Below are positions 50,501 through 59,500 of a stretch of DNA of 64,000 bases, in pieces. The notes below the pieces were generated by a model. The model saw only the letters and a program-made list of their open reading frames with translations. It had not been told where the DNA came from and searched no databases. Origin of the DNA: an uncultured Veillonellaceae bacterium (GTDB taxonomy: Bacteria; Bacillota; Negativicutes; JARBTT01); contig CAWDTA010000002.1 in assembly GCA_963805085.1 (NCBI GenBank), positions 1,440,001 to 1,504,000 on the forward strand. Direction: 5' to 3'. Positions within the stretch are counted from its first letter, which is position 1, and each line of letters opens with the position of its first letter. Position numbers and translations under genes: made by a program.

Positions 50501-53500
50501 ACATATGTTGATGCTGTGAAAAAAACTGACGATCAAATTTTCCAATCGGAATACAGGTCTAATGATATTGCTATTATCGGTCTATCAGGTCGTTATCCGA
50601 TGGCGGATTCAATACGAGAATTTTACCAGAACTTACGAGAAGGAAGGGATTGTATTTCAAACTTCCCTAAAAACAGATGGAAGAATTATCAATTCGGGTT
50701 TGATGTGGAACAATTTTATAAATACGGGGGGTTTCTTGATCATATTGATGAGTTTGATCCACTCTTTTTTAATATTGCTCCTCGTCAGGCAGAAATGATG
50801 GATCCACAGGCTAGGCTCTTTTTAGAAACAGTTTGGGAAGCTTGTGAAGATGCGGGATTTTATCAGGATAGAACGCAGAACTGTTATCCGTCATCAAGTG
50901 ATAAGAGTGTAGGCGTATTTGCCGGAGTTTTTTGGAATCATTACGAACTGTTTGGGGCTGAAATGACGCAGCGGGGCATACCGACCTCGCTTGGCATCAG
51001 CCCGGCATCTATACCCAATATGGTTTCATATTGCTTGAATTTTCATGGCCCTTCTATGGCTGTTGATACGATGTGTTCATCGGCACTAACGGCTATTCAT
51101 TTAGCTTGTGAAAGTATCCGCCATCATCAATGTCATTATGCTATTGCGGGAGGCGTTAATTTAGTAACACATCCCCATAAATTTATATTTCTTAAGCAAG
51201 CTCACTTTTTATCCTCAGATGGGCGGTGCAGGAGTTTTGGGCAAGGCGGCGATGGTTATGTACCGGGAGAAGGAGTCGGTGCTGTGTTGTTAACAACTCT
51301 TGAACGGGCTCAGCAGGAAGGCTACCCCATCTATGGAATTATCAAAGGTTCGGCATTAAATCACGTTGGAAAGACATCAGGCGTAACAGTTCCCGACCCT
51401 ATTGCGCAGTCTGAAGTCATAGCAGATGCATTAAAAATAGCGGATGTTGATCCACGATCAATTAGTTATATTGAAGCCCATGGAACAGGTACGGCATTAG
51501 GTGATCCGATAGAAATTCAAGGCCTTAAAAGGGCATTTAATCAGTGGACGCAGGATCGGCAATATTGTGCAATCGGTTCATCAAAATCCAATATCGGTCA
51601 TTTGGAAGCCGCGGCTGGCATTGGAGGACTTACAAAATTATTGCTTCAATTAAAACACCAGGAAATATTTCCTTCCTTACATTCTGAGCAGTTAAATCCT
51701 TATATTTCTTTTGACAATACACCCTTCTACATTGAGCATAATCTTAAAAAGTGGAATCGTCCTGAAGTGGAATTAGATGGAGTAAAGCTGAGATACCCTA
51801 GGCGTGCCGGTTTAAGTTCTTTTGGTGCAAATGGGAGTAACGCCCACATTATTGTGGAAGAATACATTTCTCAAAAAACGAAAAAAAACAGCATTACGAT
51901 TAATGAGATAAATCTGGCTCTTGTACCACTTTCCGCCAAAAATAGAGATTGCCTTAAGGTCTATGCCCAAAAACTTCTTGATTTTCTTAAGGATGTTCCG
52001 GAAATCCGGGGTAGTTCTAACGAGCAGCTTGCAAGAATAGTCGAAGGAGAAATCATCCAAATTCTAGCGAAGATACTATCCGTCAAGGAAAATGATATTG
52101 ACCCTGTTCAAGACTTGTCTGAATTCAATGCTGACTACATCCAAATGGCTAGTTTCCATCAAAATCTGCAAGAGAGGTATGGACTAGATATTGATAAGAA
52201 TATCATTTTTCAGGTGCAATCCATACGCAGTCTAACAAGTCAATTTATTCAACAGTACCAACCAGAATTGGAACAACATTTCTTCAGATCTAAAGACACA
52301 TCCGACGGGACAAAAATCAGGCATCACATTGATATAGTGGATTTGGCTTATACCTTGCAAGTAGGCCGGGAAGCGATGGACTGCAGAGTCGTCTTCAATG
52401 TTAAAACTATCAATGAATTGATAGAAAAATTAGAGCTATTTATTGAAGGCAAAGTCAATATTGATAACTGTTTTCAGGGACTGGAGAAAAGGGATAGGGA
52501 TTTGATCACAACGATTACTTATGACGAGGATATGAAGGAGGTCCTTGACAAATGGATTGACAAGGGAAAGAAAAATAAATTGGCGGAGCTATGGGTCAAA
52601 GGCTTAAAAATAGACTGGGATAAGCTTTATGGAGATATCAGACCCCACAGGATCAATTTGCCTACTTATCCCTTTGCTAGGGAACACTACTGGATATCGG
52701 CGGTTGAGGACAAAGTAAAGTTGAGTGGCAACATAACTACATGTGAGACAGCTCTCATTCACCCATTATTACAGCAAAATACGTCCGATTTCTCTGAACA
52801 GAGGTTTAGTTCGACTTTTACGGGGCAAGAGTTTTTCCTAATGGATCACGTCGTACAAGGTAAGCGAGTTTTGCCGGGAGTGGCCTTTCTCGAGATGGCT
52901 AGGGCGGCAGTAGATCAGGCGGTGGGAAGTTTGTCGGCAAGACCGATAGGGATTCACCTTAAGAATGTTGTTTGGGCACAACCGGTTATCGTAAAGGAGC
53001 AAGCAGTACAGGTGAATATCGGACTATACCCTGAGGATACTGGTGAAGTTGCCTATGAAATTTATAGTGAATCGGAATGTGGTGAAGACCGTGTAATATA
53101 TAGTCAAGGAAGAGCAATGTTGAGTTCGGTTTTAAAAATGCCTGTTTTAGATCTTAAGTCCTTGCAGGCTAAGTGCAGTCAGCATGTCTTTAATTCAAAC
53201 CAATGCTATGAAGGCTTTAGAACAATGGGAGTTCAATACGACCCAGCTTATCAAGGAATAGAAAAGGTGTATGTGGGGCAAGAGCAAGTTTTGGCGAAGA
53301 TATCATTGTCAGTTGGTGACAACAACATGAAGAATCGTTTCGTTTTACATCCCATTCTGCTGGACGCTGCCATACAGGCTTCCCTATATTTAACTGTGCC
53401 AATTCCATTTAGCAGCAGTACTTCTCTTAAGCAATTCCTACCAGTTACCCTTGAGGAGTTAGAAACAATTAGTGAATGTCCTGCTGATATGTGGGCTTTG

Positions 53501-56500
53501 ATTCGCTACAGCTATGGTAGCATAGCCGGGGGCAAGGTGCAGAAAATTGATATTGATTTATGTGACGAGCAAGGGAATGTTTGTGTACGAATGAAGAAGT
53601 GTTTATTAAGAGTAACGGAAATTGATATGATTTCAGTAGGATCCATGGCAACGCATGGTACTTTGTTGCTCTACCCTTGCTGGCAAGAGCAAACCGTTAC
53701 CGAAAAATTTTTAGCCACTGATTATATTCAACATTTAGTGATGCTCTTGGAGCTAGGTGAAGTTTCCCAAGAAAGTATGGAAAACCACATGAGTGGGGTA
53801 AGCTGTCTTGCTTTACAATCTAAGCAGGAAAACATAGGGGAACGATTCCAGAACTATGCCGTTCAGGTTTTTGAGGAAATTCAGCGTATCATCAAAGAGC
53901 AACCAAAGGGTAAGGTGTTGATCCAAATAGTCATCCCCGCTCAAGCCGAACAACAACTCTTCTCAGGAATTGCTGGAATGTTGAGAACCGCCCGGTTTGA
54001 GAATCCAAAACTAATAGGCCAGTTGATTGAAGTGGAACAGGGAGAAGATATCGAAGAGATTGTAGAAAAACTGAAGGAGAGTAGCCGCTGCCTTTTTGAT
54101 GATCATATCCGTTATGAAAAGGATAAACGCTATGTTATCGACTGGAGAGAATTTGAAAATTTTCAGAAAGCCATGCCAATTCCTTGGAAAAACCAGGGGG
54201 TCTATTTAATTACTGGAGGTGCTGGCGGTCTGGGATATATAGTTGCTAAAGAGATAGCGAATAAAGTTAAAGATGTGACAATGATTTTCACAGGCCGGTC
54301 TTTGCTCAATAAGGACAAGCAAGTTCGAATTAAGGAATTGGAAGCCTTAGGTGCCCGGATCGAATACAAAAAGGTCGATGTGACCCATAAGCAGGCTGTT
54401 GTCGATTTGATCCAAAACATCCAAGAGAACTTCGGTGGTCTCAATGGTATCATTCATAGCGCGGGTATCATCCACGATAACTTTATTCTTAAGAAAACCA
54501 AAGAAGAATTGCAAGCGGTTATGGCGGCAAAAGTTACTGGACTGGTAAATTTGGATCAGGCAAGCAAGGATATAAGCCTTGATTTCTTAGTGCTCTTTTC
54601 ATCTACATCAGGAGTCTTTGGTAATCCAGGACAGGTCGACTATTCCACAGCTAACGCATTTATGGATGCTTATGCTAAGTATCGGAACAGTTTAGTGTCA
54701 TCACAAAAACGTTATGGCAAAACACTCTCAATCAGTTGGCCGCTGTGGAAAGAAGGCGGGATGCGTATTGATGCGGAAGTCGAGAAGATGATAAGGCAAA
54801 GTATGGGAATAGTCGCTATGGAGACAGTAACCGGAATCCAAGCTTTGTATAGAGGTTTAGCCTCCGGACGAGATCATATGATGGTATTGGAAGGGGATAT
54901 TCCAAAGATTAGAGAGCAACTATTGAAACCAAAAGTTTATTCGTATCAGGTAGAGCCATCTGTTACACAAGTAGATATAGGCTTGCTTAGAGAAAAGACG
55001 TTGGATCAATTAAAGATACTATTAGGAGAGATCACTAAGTTAAGTGTTAGCAAGATTGATATCGACGAGCCTTTAGAAAACTATGGAATTGATTCGGTTA
55101 TGATTACTCAATTGAATCATAAATTTGCCGGTGTGTTCGGAGAATTATCAAAAACGTTACTTTACGAATATCAGACTCTAGGATCATTAGCTGAGTATTT
55201 TATTGAGGAAAAGTCACACGAATGTATGCTGTGGACCGGACTTGCGAAACAGGTACGATTAAAAACGGAAGCATCAAAAAAACCGGAAATGTCTTCGGTA
55301 AAATCGCGCATCGATAGTGCATTTTCTGTTGTGTTGGATTCTTTAAAACCACAACAGAAAAAAGCGCGTAGTTGTTCTTATATAAGTTTAGATAATAATC
55401 CCAGGGAGCCTATTGCTATCATAGGTATGAGCGGTCGTTATCCTCAGGCAAGGAATTTAAAAGAGTATTGGGATAATTTACAGTTAGGCAAAGATTGTAT
55501 TACCGAAATACCTAGAGAACGTTGGACGTTAGAAGGATTCTATCATCCTGATCCCAAAGAAGCGGTGGCTCATAACAAAAGCTATAGCAAATGGGGTGGT
55601 TTTGTAGAAAAATTTTCCGATTTTGATCCGCTCTTTTTCAACATTTCACCTCGAGAAGCAATCAATATTGATCCTCAGGAACGATTGTTTATTGAGTCAT
55701 GTTGGGAAGTGTTGGAGGATGGAGCCTACACTAAGGAGCAACTTAGAGCTAAATTTAATAGCCAGGTTGGTGTTTTCGCAGGAATTACTAAAACAGGTTT
55801 TGATTTGTACGGTCCCGATTTATGGCGACAAGGTGAAAAAATTTTGCCTCACACTTCATTCAGTTCAGTGGCTAATCGGGTTTCATATTTACTGAACTTG
55901 CAAGGCCCTAGTATGACAATTGATACAATGTGTTCTGCATCATTGACTGCCATTCATGAAGCATGTGAGCATCTTTACCAAAGAGAATGTGAGATGGCAA
56001 TCGCTGGCGGTGTAAATTTGTATCTTCATCCTGCAAATTATAGCGCATTATGTGCGCAGAGAATGTTGTCTGTAGATGGAAAATGCAAAAGTTTTGGATA
56101 TGGTGCTAATGGATTTGTACCTGGTGAGGGAGTGGGATGTGTTCTGTTGAAACGATTGTCTCAAGCAGTCAAGGATCAGGATCATATTTACGCTGTTATT
56201 CGGGGCAGTAGCATTAATCATGGCGGGAAAACCAACGGCTATACGGTACCAAATCCGGCAGCTCAAAGAGACCTCATTCGATCGACACTGAATAAAGCTG
56301 GAGTCAATGCCCGGACAATTAGTTATGTTGAAGCTCATGGGACGGGGACAGAACTTGGCGATCCAATCGAAATTACCGGACTTACGCAGGCATTTGGAAC
56401 TGATACCAAAGATACACAATTTTGTGCCATTGGTTCAGTAAAATCAAATATCGGTCATTTGGAAGCAGCGGCAGGGGTTGCCGGATTAACTAAGATTGTA

Positions 56501-59500
56501 CTACAAATGAAACACCAAAAGATTGTTCCGAGTTTGCACGCCAAAGAATTGAACCATAATATTAATTTTGTTAAAACTCCTTTTGTGGTTCAGCAGGAAC
56601 TTGCGGAATGGAAACGACCAGTAGTCGAGATAGAAGGAGAGAGCAAAGAATATCCTAGAATCGCCAGTATTTCAGCTTTTGGCGCAGGAGGTTCAAATGC
56701 TCATGCAGTGATTGAAGAATACATTGCTAATAACCAAGCATCATCTCAGATTGCGATTACCATTCAGAACCCAGCAATTATTATATTGTCGGCTAAAGAA
56801 GAAGAGCGGCTCTGTGAGCAGGTGTTGCAATTATTGGCTATTATTGAGGAGCAGCAGTTTACTGATGAGAGCCTAGCAGATATGGCGTACACTCTTCAGG
56901 TGGGTCGTGAAGCCATGGAAGAACGCTTAGGCTTAATAGTGGGATCAATCAAAGAGCTTAAAGAGAAACTAAATAATTTTGTGGAAAACCAGGATGGCAT
57001 TAGAAATTTATATCGGGGGCAAGTCAAACGCAATAAGGAAACGCTAAGCGTTTTCGGGGCGGATGAAGATATGGCGAAAATGATTGATTCCTGGATAGCG
57101 AAAAGGAAATATGCGAAGCTTTTAGATCTTTGGGTAAAAGGTTTGAATTTTGATTGGGATAAGTTATACAGTGACGTTAAACCTCGTCGAATAAGTTTAC
57201 CGACCTATCCTTTTGCTCGGGAAAAGTATTGGCTACCTAAAATTAATAGCCAGTCTGCTGATAGAGTTTCAGCTTCAGCAGCAGTATTTTACATTCATCC
57301 GCTAGTACATCAGAATACCTCTGATTTTTCAGTACAACGGTTTAGTTCGATATTTACTGGCCAAGAATTCTTTTTAGCTGATCATATAGTAAAAGGTCAG
57401 CGGGTACTGCCTGGGGTAGCCTATCTTGAAATAGCTCGAGCTGCAGTGGAACAGGCTTCTGGTGCTATGAATAAAGGACAGGCTGGAGTTTGTTTGAAAA
57501 ATGTTGTTTGGGCTAGACCTATTGTTGTAGAACAACAGCCAGTGCAGGTAAATATCAGACTTTTTCAAAAAGAGAATGGTAATATTGTCTACGAAATTTA
57601 TAGTGATTGTGAAATGGCTGATGCTGAAACAGAAACTGTAATATACAGCCAAGGTAATGCAATGCTAAGTACGACTTCCAAAGTTCCAACTTGCGATCTT
57701 CAAGCCTTGCAGGCTGAGTGTAGCCAGTTGAGCTTGTCGCGTGATCAATGTTATGAAGCATTTAGAGCAATAGGAATTGAATATGGTCAGGGACACCAAG
57801 GAATTTCAAAGTTGTATGTAGGATCAGGTCAGGTGTTGGCAAAGTTATCCTTGCCGTCTTCAGTATTCGATACTTTAGGTCAATTTGTTCTGCATCCCAG
57901 TTTGATGGATTCGGCTCTGCAAGCCTCAATTGGTTTAAATTTGAATATGGATGAGTCAATGCTAGTTAGTAATAATTCTCCTAAACTTTTCCTTCCTTTT
58001 GCTTTGGAGCAACTTGAAATTTTTAATAAATGTACTTCCGATATGTGGGCACTAATTCGATACAGTAATGACAGCGTTGCTGAAAATAAGGTAAAAAAAT
58101 TGGATATTGATTTGATTGATAATACTGGAATAGAATGTGTGCGAATGAAGGGAGTATCGTTAAGAGTATTGGAAGGCGAAGTCAAGTCGGTAGAGAGTCC
58201 GGCAAATTTTGACACACTAATATTTCAACCTTGCTGGCACGAACAAGATGTTGACGGGAAGTACAAGACGTATCGCTTTAGACAACATCTTGTGATACTT
58301 TGCGAATTGCCGGAAACTTCGCGAAAAAGAATTGAATGTGAAATTGGAGGGGGAATACAATGCCTTATTTTGCAATCAGGGAAGAAAAATATAGCGGAAA
58401 GGTTTCAAGACTATGCTGTTGAAGTGCTTGGACAAATCCAAAACATTATCAAAGAAAAACCTGAGGGCAAAGTATTGATCCAGATAGGAGTTCCTAGTCA
58501 AGGAGAGCAGCAACTTCTTACAGGACTCTCCGGACTTTTGAAAACAGCTCAGCTTGAAAATCCTAAATTAATGGGACAAATGATTGAAATAGAAGATATA
58601 GAAAGAATTGTAGAAAATCTGAAAGAGAACAGTAATACTCCCCTAGATAAGAGGATTAGGTATCAGGATGGAAAACGGTTGGTTGGTGGTTGGAGTGAAT
58701 TAGAAGCAATTAACGCTCCAATGTTAATTCCATGGAAGGATCGGGGAATTTATTTAATTACCGGTGGTCTTGGTGGTCTTGGATATATCTTTTCTAAGGA
58801 GATTGCTGGAACGGTGAAGGAGAGCATTTTAATTCTCACAGGTCGGTCTCCGCTTAATGAGGCTAAACAGGTTCAACTTAAGGAACTGCAGACAATGGGT
58901 GTTCGGATACTATACAAGCAAGTCGATATTACGCAAAAAAATGCGGTTATTGACTTGATTCAAGGTATCCTTAATGAATTTGGAAGTCTCAATGGTATCA
59001 TCCATAGCGCGGGGGTGATTCATGACAATTTCATTCTCAAAAAAACAAAAGATGAACTGCAAATGGTTCTGGCTCCTAAGGTTACCGGACTAGTAAATTT
59101 GGATCAGGCCAGCAAGGACATAAGCCTAGATTTTTTCATTTTATTTTCATCTATTGCAGGAGCATTAGGTAATTCAGGTCAAGCTGATTATTCCGCCGCT
59201 AACGCATTTATGGACGCTTATGCAGGATATCGTAATTGTTTGGTGGCCACGAATGAGCGATATGGTCACACCCTAGCAATAGATTGGCCGTTATGGAAAA
59301 ACGGTGGGATGCATGTTAACGAACAAACCAAGAAGATGATGCAAAATATGGGCATATTTGCTATACCGACATCAGTCGGTATTAGAACTTTGTATCAATG
59401 TTTAGCTGTCAATACAGATAATGTGATGATGATTGGAGGAAATATTAACCTCTTAGAGAAAAAAATATATCAAATAATAAACCCAGTTATGCAAAAATTT

